From a virus (taxonomy: Duplodnaviria; Caudoviricetes): a DNA stretch of 64,000 bases. The position numbers were made by a program, and so were the translations under genes. The notes below the pieces were generated by a model. It saw only the letters and a list, made by a program, of their open reading frames with translations, was not told the origin of the DNA and made no database searches. Of this stretch, positions 28,810-38,662 are shown piece by piece. Numbering within the stretch: position 1 is the stretch's first letter; the number at the start of each line of letters is the position of its first letter. The stretch lies in IMG/VR virus record IMGVR_UViG_3300024283_000010, positions 11,910 through 75,909 of that record. One strand, 5' to 3'.

Positions 28810-29322
28810 TTGTATATGCCAATAGAGACTAAAGATTTTAAACTGATTAAGTATAGGTCAGGGATAATGCATAAGGGGTATTTGGATGGGATTGACTATG
28901 TAGAATATGAGTATGAATATATTAAAGCCAGTGTAAAGTGCACAAAGCGGTATAATAATGCTTTGTGTTTATTGATGGGTATAAATGGGTGTCCGCATCA
29001 CCTGATAGAGTGGCTTAGTGAGAATATGACTGATGGAGGGTATGTAAATAATAATAAGATTACAAGACGTGCCTTTATCGGGTTCCATGCTAAGTGGAAG
29101 AAAGAGGGGAATAAAGAGTACTCGGAACATGCTGTAATAAAGGCTTTTAAGAAGCTGACTGAGGAGGGCTTTTTAATATCGATAGATAAAGGCACTTATC
29201 AGATAAACCCACTCATGTACTTCGCAAATAGCGAGGAAGATAGGATTAGGTCAATTAAGTATATGATGGAGTTTAAAGCGGGTGTGGAAACTAAGGTTAC
29301 AGTTGAAATAAACAGGAAATGA
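28810..29322 (+). CDS. RepL-like winged-helix DNA-binding protein
   Basis: AFKKLTEEGFLISIDKGTYQINPLMYF resembles RepL-type G.Y.INP motif. Confidence 0.55.
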   Translation: MYMPIETKDFKLIKYRSGIMHKGYLDGIDYVEYEYEYIKASVKCTKRYNNALCLLMGINGCPHHLIEWLSENMTDGGYVNNNKITRRAFIGFHAKWKKEGNKEYSEHAVIKAFKKLTEEGFLISIDKGTYQINPLMYFANSEEDRIRSIKYMMEFKAGVETKVTVEINRK

Positions 29323-29329
29323 GCAGGAA

Positions 29330-30081
29330 ATGAGCAGGATAATTATAGACAACCAAAGTGACAGAGATGACTGGTTTGCCTTGCAATTGGTCAGAAATGT
29401 ACTTAAATTGGGTAAAATAAGTAATGATGGCACTCAACACTGTTATTTGTCAACGTTTATAGCTGATGATAAGTGTTATATTGTTGCCACTATGCTTAAT
29501 CGAAAATCAGAAAAATTTATAGTTTATAACGATTTAACCACCACAAACAAGTAAGTAGATGAAAGAAGTAAAAGTTGAATTAATTAGTCCTCCGAGTCTA
29601 TTTTGGAAAATAATAACAACTGAACAATGGCAAAAAATGTCTGATAAAGATAGAAATGTACTTGTGAGTGCTGCTAAAATATTACATCATTTTTATGATT
29701 ATTCAAAAGTATTTACCGTATGACCCACCACGAAAAGATAGTCAATAACCGCAAGTCATTTGTACATCATCGGGTGTTCAGTGCTTGGTTGGTGTGGAAG
29801 TGTCCCTGTTACTTTAAATCATTGAGAACGATATGAAAAGACCAAATTACAAAGAGTGGGTTAAGCTACAATGTGAACTAAGAGGACTTAAATACTCAAT
29901 AACCAACGCTGAGTTTAATACACCATTTTCACCAGATTGTATTAAGGTTTATATTGGATTTAAAGGCAGTTCAACTGAGGATATACAAATTAGAGGAAGT
30001 ATTCTTTACATGTACACTACCGACAGGGTATTTTATAGGATAGCTAAGTTTCTAAATGAACACGAAATCGTTATGATATGA
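29330..30081 (+). CDS. Small hypothetical ORFs (29330-29554, 29833-30081 and shorter ones between)
   Basis: Co-oriented small ORFs. Confidence 0.45.
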
Positions 30082-30203
30082 AAAAATGGTTCAAAGAGCA
30101 GTGGCCTGCTATAGTGGCCTCACTGGGCTTCGGTGCTTTAGCTGCTATAGCCCTGATACTGGTAGTTAACCATTGGGAGTATATTAAACATACCTTTTGA
30201 TTT

Positions 30204-30653
30204 ATGGGACGAGAAATTAAGCTTAGGGCTTGGAATGGTGAAGAAATGATTTATCAATCCAAAAATAAAGAGTACGATGATTACTATATGTTAACATTGG
30301 AAGGTAGGTTTTATGGTCATACAAGAACTGGTGATGAGTATTTTGATTTTTATGAAGATGAATTAAATAAGAAAAATTATATTCTCATGCAGTACACTGG
30401 CCTTAAAACAAAAGACGGTGCAGAAATTTATGAAGGCGATATACTTGGCGGTTATCCTCATGGTACGTCTAAAATAGTATGGGATGACAAATACGCTTGT
30501 TGGTCAGCGCATTGGATTGAACAGCAAATTGACGAAGATGGAGGTGAATTTGATGTAGATTGTTCCTCAATGTTACATTACGAATTAGATAACTGCAAAG
30601 ATACATGGACTGTTTTAGGCAACATTTACTCAAACCCCGAACTACTAAAATGA
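30204..30653 (+). CDS. YopX family protein
   Basis: MGREIKLRAW...LMQYTGLKTKDGAEIYEGDI...VLGNIYSNPELL. Confidence 0.9.
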   Translation: MGREIKLRAWNGEEMIYQSKNKEYDDYYMLTLEGRFYGHTRTGDEYFDFYEDELNKKNYILMQYTGLKTKDGAEIYEGDILGGYPHGTSKIVWDDKYACWSAHWIEQQIDEDGGEFDVDCSSMLHYELDNCKDTWTVLGNIYSNPELLK

Positions 30654-30811
30654 GAGGTATGAAACCAAGAAAACCACCACTTGAAGTGGATACAGGTGGC
30701 CCATATTTCAACACCGCTAAAGACCGTGACCTATGGATAGAACGCTTTACTAAGGGTGGTAAAGTTAAAGTATATAACTCATTAAGTGACTTCAAAAATA
30801 GAAAATCATGA
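30605..30811 (+). CDS. Hypothetical protein (start probably near 30650)
   Basis: Overlaps yopX stop and next start. Confidence 0.4.
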   Translation: MDCFRQHLLKPRTTKMRGMKPRKPPLEVDTGGPYFNTAKDRDLWIERFTKGGKVKVYNSLSDFKNRKS

Positions 30812-31176
30812 CTGAAAAATCAAGCGAAGAATTATTAAATGATTTAATTAAATCAATCAAGTGCGACACTAATCTTATCTCAGATGGCTACCACACTTTT
30901 GGCGAACTATACGAGCATAGGATAGTTATTTACATCGCTTTATGCCGATTTTACTACGAAGCAGGCGGTAATGTATGGAAATCTAAAAAACACTCTGATG
31001 GCTCTGAATGGGATAGTTGGTTTTTACTTGGTATAAACAGAAAGACAGGCACTCAAATTACTTACCATTTACCAATATCAAAATGGGATGAATGTAAATT
31101 TCAGGAGTTTGAACAAGCCCCTAAATACGATGGGCATACAAGTGCTGATGTTTTAAAAAGAATAAGTGAATTATAA
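30808..31176 (+). CDS. WDGH-like domain phage protein
   Basis: SDGYHTFGELYEHR...QITYHLP...YDGHTSADV. Confidence 0.7.
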   Translation: MTEKSSEELLNDLIKSIKCDTNLISDGYHTFGELYEHRIVIYIALCRFYYEAGGNVWKSKKHSDGSEWDSWFLLGINRKTGTQITYHLPISKWDECKFQEFEQAPKYDGHTSADVLKRISEL

Positions 31177-31181
31177 CCACG

Positions 31182-31607
31182 ATGCAAACCTATAACCTAA
31201 CCAAAGAGGGAGACGTTTTAAAAGGCAACAGGGCTTTATATGAGGCACTAAAATCTTTACCCGATGGTAAATGGGTCGTAACTATTGCTAAAGCTAAGAA
31301 GAAGCGTAGTAACAACCAGAACGCATATTACCACGGAATTATTATCAACGAAGTGAGGCAAGGGCTAATAGGTATGGGCTTTGAACAGCACCTACTTGAC
31401 CATGATACCATTCACGAGATGTTAAAGGCGAAGTTTCTTCGGAAAGATATTTACAATGAACACGGTGAGTTTGTGGAGATCGTGCAGTCAACTGCAAGTC
31501 TTAGCACAACCGAATTTATGGATTTTATAGCGGATATACAACGCTGGGCGGCAGAATTTTTGGGGATTATAATTTTAGACCCAAATGAACAGGCAGAAAT
31601 GTTTTAA
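31182..31607 (+). CDS. NinB-like protein
   Basis: KRSNNQNAYYHG...STASLSTTEFMDFIADIQRWAAE. Confidence 0.75.
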   Translation: MQTYNLTKEGDVLKGNRALYEALKSLPDGKWVVTIAKAKKKRSNNQNAYYHGIIINEVRQGLIGMGFEQHLLDHDTIHEMLKAKFLRKDIYNEHGEFVEIVQSTASLSTTEFMDFIADIQRWAAEFLGIIILDPNEQAEMF

Positions 31608-31658
31608 ATATTTATCAACATACTTGTACAGTGTCCAATTTATACTTATATTTGATTA

Positions 31659-31829
31659 ATGAACGAGTCACAATTACCACCATTAAAGGTTGATAGGACG
31701 AAACTTATCACCCAAGCAGAATACGCAAGGCGAAACAACCTGATACGTCAGCGCGTAAACGACCTTGTTAAAGCAAAAAAAGTTAATACAGTTGAAATTT
31801 TAGGCGGTGTGTTAATTTTATTGGATTAA
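31659..31829 (+). CDS. Small HTH-like protein (56 aa)
   Basis: LITQAEYARRNNLIRQRVNDLVK; preceded by TATATTTG. Confidence 0.55.
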   Translation: MNESQLPPLKVDRTKLITQAEYARRNNLIRQRVNDLVKAKKVNTVEILGGVLILLD

Positions 31830-31885
31830 CCCGTGTTTTGTCGGCTTTAAACTTTGTTATAATGTCCAAACTAATTTATTAAAAT

Positions 31886-32383
31886 ATGACAACCAAAACA
31901 ACTTATCAAGACAAATTAAAAGACCCTCGTTGGCAAAAGAAAAGACTTAAAATTTTAGAGCGTGACAATTTTGCTTGTCAAAGATGTAGCGACACTACTT
32001 CGTTTTTGCACATACATCATTTAAAATACGGAAAAGAACCATGGGATGTATCCGATGATGATCTTGTTACTCTTTGTGAATGTTGTCATTTCATGGTTGA
32101 AAAACTACAAAATGAAGGTAATGAGATTGAAAAGATAATAAGGGTTGAATATCCAAATGATAACGCCGTTGCTTATAATGTCTATAGGTTTAATGAAAAT
32201 GGAGATATAATTCATTGTTTTGTTAAGTTTAAGGATGAAAATATCAGACATGAGTATTCTATTAGGCGAATTACAATGGAAACACATATTAAAAATTTTC
32301 AATCTATAGACAATGAGCGACAAGAATGGATGGGTTCTTCTTTACAGGCAAATCCAAGATCATTGGATTTGGAAGGATGCTAA
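31886..32383 (+). CDS. HNH-family nuclease
   Basis: DPRWQKKRLKILERDNFACQRC...HIHH...TLCECCH. Confidence 0.8.
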   Translation: MTTKTTYQDKLKDPRWQKKRLKILERDNFACQRCSDTTSFLHIHHLKYGKEPWDVSDDDLVTLCECCHFMVEKLQNEGNEIEKIIRVEYPNDNAVAYNVYRFNENGDIIHCFVKFKDENIRHEYSIRRITMETHIKNFQSIDNERQEWMGSSLQANPRSLDLEGC

Positions 32384-33047
32384 TAAATTTAAATGGTGGA
32401 TAGATATGATACTTACAGTGAATAACACGCCTAATAAAGTTACCATTGGTAATGAGATTTTTGAGTGTGGTAGGGGTGAAAGTTTACTTAGTATTCAGTC
32501 TTGGGCTAATAGATGGGGAGTATCAAAAGATACCGCACGAAACTTCTTTACATTACTTGAAAAGGATAAAATGATTACCCGTGTAAATATTGGGAAAAGC
32601 ACACGGTTAACTATTTGTAACTATGATAGTTATCAGACACCTTTACACGTAAATCGTACGACTGCCGTACGGACACACGACACTAACAAAGAAGATAAGA
32701 ATGAAAATAATAGAGTTAATAAATTAACTCTTGGCGAGAAGGAGCTTTTTTTCATAAAATTATTTAACGAACTAACTGGTAGAAATTTTAAAACACTTGA
32801 CCAAAAAACAATAAAACAATTCAATGATATTTTAAAAGACAACTATAAAAGTTCTGATTTTAAAAAAGCTATTTCAATTGCTCTTGTTGAAATGACTGAA
32901 AGAGGTAGGCAAGGATATTTAACGCCTGAATTTATAACACGACCTATAGAATTTGCTAAGTACGTAAACATGCAACAAAACTCTTATTCCTCTCCCGTAA
33001 ATGTGGCGCGGAAAGTTATTGACCATAGAAACCTACCTACATCATGA
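32313..33047 (+). CDS. Replication initiator / replisome organiser
   Basis: GWVLLYRQIQDHWIW...GRGE...LANRWG-like wHTH...ICNYDSYQ; C-terminal YLTPEFITR domain; upstream of dnaB. Confidence 0.8.
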   Translation: MSDKNGWVLLYRQIQDHWIWKDANKFKWWIDMILTVNNTPNKVTIGNEIFECGRGESLLSIQSWANRWGVSKDTARNFFTLLEKDKMITRVNIGKSTRLTICNYDSYQTPLHVNRTTAVRTHDTNKEDKNENNRVNKLTLGEKELFFIKLFNELTGRNFKTLDQKTIKQFNDILKDNYKSSDFKKAISIALVEMTERGRQGYLTPEFITRPIEFAKYVNMQQNSYSSPVNVARKVIDHRNLPTS

Positions 33048-34510
33048 TATTAGAAAACGACAGCCCATACAACAAGCCAGTTACGAACGAAAGAAGAAGT
33101 CGTATAACTAATCCTACGCCTTACGGTGGCTTGGGCAAACTTCCTCCGCAGGCTGTAGATTTAGAAGAAGCTGTGCTTGGTGCGGTAATGCTTGAAAAAA
33201 ATTCAATATTCGAAGTGATGACGATATTGAAGACCGAATGTTTTTATAAAGACAACCACCAAAAAATATTCAACTCCATAAAACTGCTTTATGAAGCGAA
33301 GTCGCCAATTGATATTTTAACCGTAACGGCACAGTTGAGAAAACAGGGTGAACTGGATATGATAGGAGGTGCGTACTATATTACCGAATTAACAAGCAGG
33401 GTTAGTTCGGCTGCGAATGTGAAGTATCATTCCATGATTATTTATCAGAAGTTTTTACAGCGTGAATTAATACGCATAGGAACGGAGACTATCAATGATG
33501 CTTATGAAGACACCACCGATGTTTTTGAATTGATAGAGAAAAACCAAAACTCAACTTACTCACTAATGGCAAACATGAATGGTAAGGATATAAAGAATAT
33601 TGGCGACTTAGGAAGAAGCAGGTTGTTAGATTATAAAAAGGTATCGATAAATGGTTTGACAGGTCTTGGCTCAGGGTTTAAATCAATAGATAGTATCACC
33701 GGGGGTTGGCAGAAGAAAGACTTGATAATCATAGCTGCCCGTCCGGCAATGGGTAAAACAGCGTTCGCCTTACAGGTGGCAAAAAACGCGGCTATACAGC
33801 ATGGTTGCGCAGTTGGGGTGTTCTCATTGGAGATGAGTGAAAATCAGTTAACAGACAGGCTTATTTCAAGTGAGACAGGTATTTATCAGGATAAATTACT
33901 CAAGAGGCAATTGAATCAGTATGATTTTAACCAATTGGAGAATAGTACGGTTAACTTATTTAATTCAAAAATATTTATTGACGATACCGCTTCGCTTTCC
34001 TTAAATATACTTAGGAGTAAAGCGGTCAGGCTTAAACAACTTCACAATATAGGGTTGATCGTAATTGACTATTTGCAGTTGATGGATGGCGCTAAGGACA
34101 ATAAAAACGGCAATAGGGAACAAGAGATAAGCAAGATAAGTAGGGGACTTAAAGGATTGGCAAAGGATTTAGATATTCCGGTAATAGCCCTTTCACAATT
34201 GAGTCGTGAAGTAGAAAAGAGAGCAGGAAATTCAAAACGTCCGATGCTTTCAGATTTGAGGGAGTCAGGTTCGATAGAGCAGGATGCTGATAGTGTCTTA
34301 TTCCTGTACAGGCCGGAGTATTACGGTATAAGTGAAACTGAAACAGGAGAAAGCACTTTAGGTATGTGCGAAATCATTTTTGCAAAGAACAGGAGTGGTA
34401 TTTGCGACACGGCGAACCTTATTTTTAATGGTTCGGTTATGAAATTTTTTGATCGTAATATAAACGAGATACCAACTAACGATAACTTTTTTGTTCAATC
34501 AGAACGATAA
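33044..34510 (+). CDS. dnaB: Replicative DNA helicase DnaB
   Basis: PPQAVDLEEAVLGA; AARPAMGKT Walker A; IDYLQL; LSQLSR; DLRESGSIEQDAD. Confidence 0.97.
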   Translation: MILENDSPYNKPVTNERRSRITNPTPYGGLGKLPPQAVDLEEAVLGAVMLEKNSIFEVMTILKTECFYKDNHQKIFNSIKLLYEAKSPIDILTVTAQLRKQGELDMIGGAYYITELTSRVSSAANVKYHSMIIYQKFLQRELIRIGTETINDAYEDTTDVFELIEKNQNSTYSLMANMNGKDIKNIGDLGRSRLLDYKKVSINGLTGLGSGFKSIDSITGGWQKKDLIIIAARPAMGKTAFALQVAKNAAIQHGCAVGVFSLEMSENQLTDRLISSETGIYQDKLLKRQLNQYDFNQLENSTVNLFNSKIFIDDTASLSLNILRSKAVRLKQLHNIGLIVIDYLQLMDGAKDNKNGNREQEISKISRGLKGLAKDLDIPVIALSQLSREVEKRAGNSKRPMLSDLRESGSIEQDADSVLFLYRPEYYGISETETGESTLGMCEIIFAKNRSGICDTANLIFNGSVMKFFDRNINEIPTNDNFFVQSER

Positions 34511-34821
34511 TGAGCCACTATGTTTACCTAATTAGCGATTATTCGCATAAACACATTCACGCAGGTTATTGCGATGATGTGGTGAAAATGATAGAGTTTT
34601 ATCAGTTTTTTTCGGATACCTCTTTACATTACCCAATCGATAAATATCTTAACAGATTAGTTTATTGTGAAAAAGTATGGACTGAGGGACAAGCAATAGA
34701 CAGGGTCACCTATTTTACGTTTATGCCATTGAAAGTTAGGATAGAACAAATATTAGCGGCAAACCCTGATTGGGATGATTTATCAAATGACGAAGGATTA
34801 TTATCCTTTTTAACCAATTAA
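34510..34821 (+). CDS. Degenerate small GIY-YIG (UPF0213-like) protein
   Basis: YVYLIS...RLVYCE...AIDR...NPDWDDL skeleton; usual Arg and Glu positions look substituted. Confidence 0.55.
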   Translation: MSHYVYLISDYSHKHIHAGYCDDVVKMIEFYQFFSDTSLHYPIDKYLNRLVYCEKVWTEGQAIDRVTYFTFMPLKVRIEQILAANPDWDDLSNDEGLLSFLTN

Positions 34822-34855
34822 CCAAAGAGAAGAAGCACAACCACCTTTTTAAAAA

Positions 34856-35044
34856 ATGACAACAACAGAAACAATAGCTAAACTAAAGAGCATAGAACCC
34901 GGTAAATGGTTCAGCGTAGTAAACAGGGATGGGGATGACTTAACTCAGCTGATTAAAGATTTGATAGATGATTATCATCACTTCGAATTTAGCGATGACT
35001 GGACACGGTTTAAACTTATAGAAGTACCCCAATCGTGGCGATAG
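34856..35044 (+). CDS. Hypothetical protein
   Basis: 62-aa ORF. Confidence 0.45.
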   Translation: MTTTETIAKLKSIEPGKWFSVVNRDGDDLTQLIKDLIDDYHHFEFSDDWTRFKLIEVPQSWR

Positions 35045-35310
35045 ACCTATCTAATTTGGGTTGTGAGCGATTATTTTGTAAAAATAGTATCTATGTATGG
35101 TTGGAAATAAAAGTTTATTGTATGGTCTAAAAATAGCGTCAAAATAATATTTGATAATTAGTAAATAGTTTTTTACTTTTACAGAAGCGAAACTATAGTT
35201 AAAAACAACATGAAGAAAACAATATTTAAAATTTCGGGTGGGCAATTCATGTTAGGCTATAGCTTCGCTGCATTTCTTTTCATGGCCTGCCCGTTAATTT
35301 TTTTGAAATC

Positions 35311-35505
35311 ATGAATATGTTTGACCAAAATAGTGATGATAAATGGGTTAAAGCTATGTTTAAGAAATTCAATAGTCAACCTTTTAAAATCAGGCCATCT
35401 AAATTTGAATGCGTTAAGATTGCTGCTACTTTACCAAATAAAAACTTAACTGAACTAATGGATAACACTAATAAAATTATGAAGTGGTTGGAGGAGGAAA
35501 TATAA
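35311..35505 (+). CDS. Hypothetical protein
   Basis: 64-aa ORF; TAATG coupling to GT2. Confidence 0.45.
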   Translation: MNMFDQNSDDKWVKAMFKKFNSQPFKIRPSKFECVKIAATLPNKNLTELMDNTNKIMKWLEEEI

Positions 35506-36278
35506 TGGCTTTGATTGTGATGGCTGTGTTCGATACAGAAGAAAATGGACGGTCTGAATATACTGAAAGAACTATTCGCTCACTGGCAAATACAGTTGAT
35601 TTTAGCAAACACAGGCTGATTGTGGTAGATAATGCTTCATGTAACAGGACAAAAGAGTTTTTACACGAATGCATGTCATGGGGTTATATATCGCTGATTA
35701 CCAGCCCAGAAAATTTAGGAACAGCTAAAGCCATTAATCAAGGTTTAAAGCTAAGGCAACCAAACGAGTACTGCGTGAAAATTGATAATGACGTAGTTAT
35801 CCATCAGTCAGGATGGGTTGATGAAATGGAAGAAGTGATCGAACGCAATAATTTAATTGGCATAGTCGGATTAAAGCGTAAGGACATAAATTTTGATGCC
35901 AATAATGCCGATCCATCATACCGAAGCGAATTAGTTCAACTGTCACATCAGCCGGGACAAACGTGGATAACAGTTGAAAAAGGGCCTTCGATAATGGGGA
36001 CTTGTACGATGTTTAATTGGCGGTTGTTAGATAAAATAGGGGGCATGAAGCAATTGGGCTTGTATGGTTTTGATGATTCACTGTTTAGCCTGCGTTCTAA
36101 TTTAGCCGGTTTCTGGAACTGTTATCTCCCGCACATTGTCATAGAGCATTTAGATGACGGGAGTAACGGGTATACACAAGTTAAGCAGAAACAGGCAGGT
36201 GAAGTTTGGGATAAATATCATCAAATGCACGCAGAATATATCAGTGGACAACGGCCACTTTGGGAGGATTTTGAATGA
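35505..36278 (+). CDS. GT2-family glycosyltransferase
   Basis: LIVVDNAS, NLGTAKAINQG, KIDNDV (DxD-like), YGFDD. Confidence 0.85.
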   Translation: MALIVMAVFDTEENGRSEYTERTIRSLANTVDFSKHRLIVVDNASCNRTKEFLHECMSWGYISLITSPENLGTAKAINQGLKLRQPNEYCVKIDNDVVIHQSGWVDEMEEVIERNNLIGIVGLKRKDINFDANNADPSYRSELVQLSHQPGQTWITVEKGPSIMGTCTMFNWRLLDKIGGMKQLGLYGFDDSLFSLRSNLAGFWNCYLPHIVIEHLDDGSNGYTQVKQKQAGEVWDKYHQMHAEYISGQRPLWEDFE

Positions 36279-37042
36279 GCGAAAACACTGTGATTTATGG
36301 GCCAAAGTTTCCAACCATATTTGATATTAGGGGTACAAATGACTTTTTAATGGTTATGAATTCTACTCAAATATTTAGAGGTGTTTATAGAATAGTTAAT
36401 CCTAAAAATAGGGTGTATATAGGTCAAAGTACTAACATAAGAAAAAGGTGGAATTGTTACAAAAGATTAAAATGTGAAGGTCAGAAACTTCTTTTTAAAT
36501 CTTTAAAAAAATATGGTGTGGAAAACCATCTATTTCAAATAGTCACAATTTCTTCTTTATCGTGCTTGGATGACGCAGAAGAAATGTGGGGTATCGCACA
36601 TGATAGTTTAAATCCTGAAAAGGGACTTAATTCATCTCTTAGGAAAACGAGACAAATATTTTCAGAAGAAACAAGAAAGAAGATAAGTGATAAGAGGAAA
36701 TTACAGATTTTGCCGCAACATACTTTGGATGCTTTGAAAGAAGCGAGTAGAAGGCAAGTATATACTCCTGAAAGAAATAAAAAAATCTCAATAGGTAATA
36801 AAGGAAAGAAGTCATGGTGTAAAGGCTTAAAATTATCAGATTCTCAAATGGATGCGAGATTTAAAAATCAATATAAATCAGTTAATCAGTATTCTAAAGA
36901 TGGAACTTTTATAAAAAATTGGAAAAGTATAGTTGAAGCAAGTAGGGCTTTAGGTATAAAAAATAGGGGGAATATTTCGGCAGCATGTAATGGAATCATA
37001 AGTAAAACTGCAAGGGGTTATATTTGGAAATATGCGAATTAA
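36275..37042 (+). CDS. GIY-YIG homing endonuclease with NUMOD3/NUMOD1-like C-terminus
   Basis: GVYRIVN...VYIGQS.NIRKRW; SEETRKKIS; VNQYSKDG.FIK.W.SI.EA. Confidence 0.88.
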   Translation: MSENTVIYGPKFPTIFDIRGTNDFLMVMNSTQIFRGVYRIVNPKNRVYIGQSTNIRKRWNCYKRLKCEGQKLLFKSLKKYGVENHLFQIVTISSLSCLDDAEEMWGIAHDSLNPEKGLNSSLRKTRQIFSEETRKKISDKRKLQILPQHTLDALKEASRRQVYTPERNKKISIGNKGKKSWCKGLKLSDSQMDARFKNQYKSVNQYSKDGTFIKNWKSIVEASRALGIKNRGNISAACNGIISKTARGYIWKYAN

Positions 37043-37673
37043 GTTAATAACAACAGCTTCTGATTTAAGTCATCCGGGATGGCTTAATTTAAAAAAATCA
37101 TTAGATAAATTTGGGTGGGACTACGAGGTTTTAAACACTGATTATGTTGCATTTGGAACCAAAATGGTTAATGCATATCATTTTGCAAAAAATAATAATT
37201 ATACTCATTTATTTATTATTGACGCATATGATGTAATTGCTTTGGGTACAATGGAAGAAGCATTAAGTAGAATTAAAAATCATAATTGTTTATTGTGGAA
37301 TTCGGAGCGAAATGCATGGCCATATGAACAGTGGGCTATGTTATACCCGGATGCTCGAAGTAGCTTTAAATATCTCAACGGTGGTATGGCTTTCGTTGAA
37401 GTAGAACGCTTTTGCCGAATGTTTGAAGAAAATCCAATCACTGTACACGATAATGACCAAGTGGTATTGGGAAAGACGTTTTTAACTCGTGGCGCAGAGT
37501 ATGACATGAAGTTAGATACACGATGTTCAATATTCCAAACATTGTGTTCAACTAATTGGGATGAGTTTGAATTTTTGGGTGAATTGGTTAGAAATAAAGA
37601 AACGAATACTGTGCCTGTGTTATTTCATGGGAACGGCCTGCACCCAATGGATAAATTAATTGAACTTATATGA
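37032..37673 (+). CDS. PLOD/LH3-type glycosyltransferase domain protein
   Basis: FIIDAYDV, NSERNAWP, KYLNGG, DNDQ, LDTRCSIFQTL, PVLFHGNG. Confidence 0.8.
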   Translation: MRIKLITTASDLSHPGWLNLKKSLDKFGWDYEVLNTDYVAFGTKMVNAYHFAKNNNYTHLFIIDAYDVIALGTMEEALSRIKNHNCLLWNSERNAWPYEQWAMLYPDARSSFKYLNGGMAFVEVERFCRMFEENPITVHDNDQVVLGKTFLTRGAEYDMKLDTRCSIFQTLCSTNWDEFEFLGELVRNKETNTVPVLFHGNGLHPMDKLIELI

Positions 37674-38359
37674 CAATACCCGAACTTAAATCACAATTTC
37701 AAGATACTGAAGAATATCATAAACACATTAACGACTTATTTTGCCAGTTGGTAGACAATGATAATACGCTTAAACAGCATAGGGATTTTGTTGAAAATGG
37801 CTACGGATTTGGCGAACGTGCATTTTGGTGGCTTTGGAAGTTGATATGTGATGAACAGAAACAGGGTTTTAGTTTCTTGGAATTAGGTGTTTACAAATCG
37901 GCCACACTTAGTCTTATAAAACTTTTACGACCCGATGCAACGGTACACGGAGTTAGCCCATTATCGAGCGAAGGGGGTTATCCTGACTGTAATTACTGGC
38001 AATGTATACAGGATTTACACGGTCATTTTAACCTTGACATGCCTGCTATAATAAAAGGGTTAAGCAACGAAAACTGGATAGTTGAAAGAGTTAAGGAAAT
38101 GGGTAAATGGGATGTCATATATGTTGACGGATCACATAAATATTCTGATGTTCTGTTTGATTTAAGTACTTACGCACCTTTGGTAAAGTCGGGTGGTTAT
38201 TTGGTGATGGATGATGCTAATGTTGACTTAAATTTGTGGTGGGGAGCATTCAGAGGGCATCAGGAAGTCACAGATGCTAAGTTAAAATGGTTAGAAACAC
38301 AGACTGATTTTGAATTTGTATGCTCAGTAGTGCATATTTCGGTTTTTAAGAAAAAATAA
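37670..38359 (+). CDS. Class I SAM-dependent methyltransferase (Methyltransf_24-like)
   Basis: FLELGVYKSAT; DVIYVDGSHKY..V..DL; GGYLVMDD. Confidence 0.85.
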   Translation: MTIPELKSQFQDTEEYHKHINDLFCQLVDNDNTLKQHRDFVENGYGFGERAFWWLWKLICDEQKQGFSFLELGVYKSATLSLIKLLRPDATVHGVSPLSSEGGYPDCNYWQCIQDLHGHFNLDMPAIIKGLSNENWIVERVKEMGKWDVIYVDGSHKYSDVLFDLSTYAPLVKSGGYLVMDDANVDLNLWWGAFRGHQEVTDAKLKWLETQTDFEFVCSVVHISVFKKK

Positions 38360-38388
38360 ACCTCCCCGCCAACCGCAGGGAGGAATAA

Positions 38389-38613
38389 TTAGGCCAATGG
38401 AGCGTTAGCAGCAGCTTTAATAGTTGAAGCCTGCTCGTTACAATACAATACAGGTAGTACAGGGTTGTTGGTAAATACTACAGACCTGTTAAAAGGATAA
38501 GTAGTAGCAGCCCAGTCCTGAACGTCAAGTATTGAATAAACGCTTAAATTGTGTGCCTTTGAAGGCGGTGTTGTTCCTAACTGTTGAGCCGAAACGGTGA
38601 TAATGTTTGCCAT
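38389..38613 (-). CDS. Small hypothetical protein, antisense within late region
   Basis: 74 aa; convergent hairpin CCTCCC/GGGAGG at 38361-38383. Confidence 0.5.
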   Translation of the reverse strand: MANIITVSAQQLGTTPPSKAHNLSVYSILDVQDWAATTYPFNRSVVFTNNPVLPVLYCNEQASTIKAAANAPLA

Positions 38614-38662
38614 AATGAAATGAAATTAAATGAATATTGAAGTAAATATATAAATTATTTGG

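Noticed and set aside
29319-29340. 11-bp tandem duplication ATGAGCAGGAA at a gene junction
   Set aside because: Two copies only; consistent with a local slippage event duplicating a start codon.
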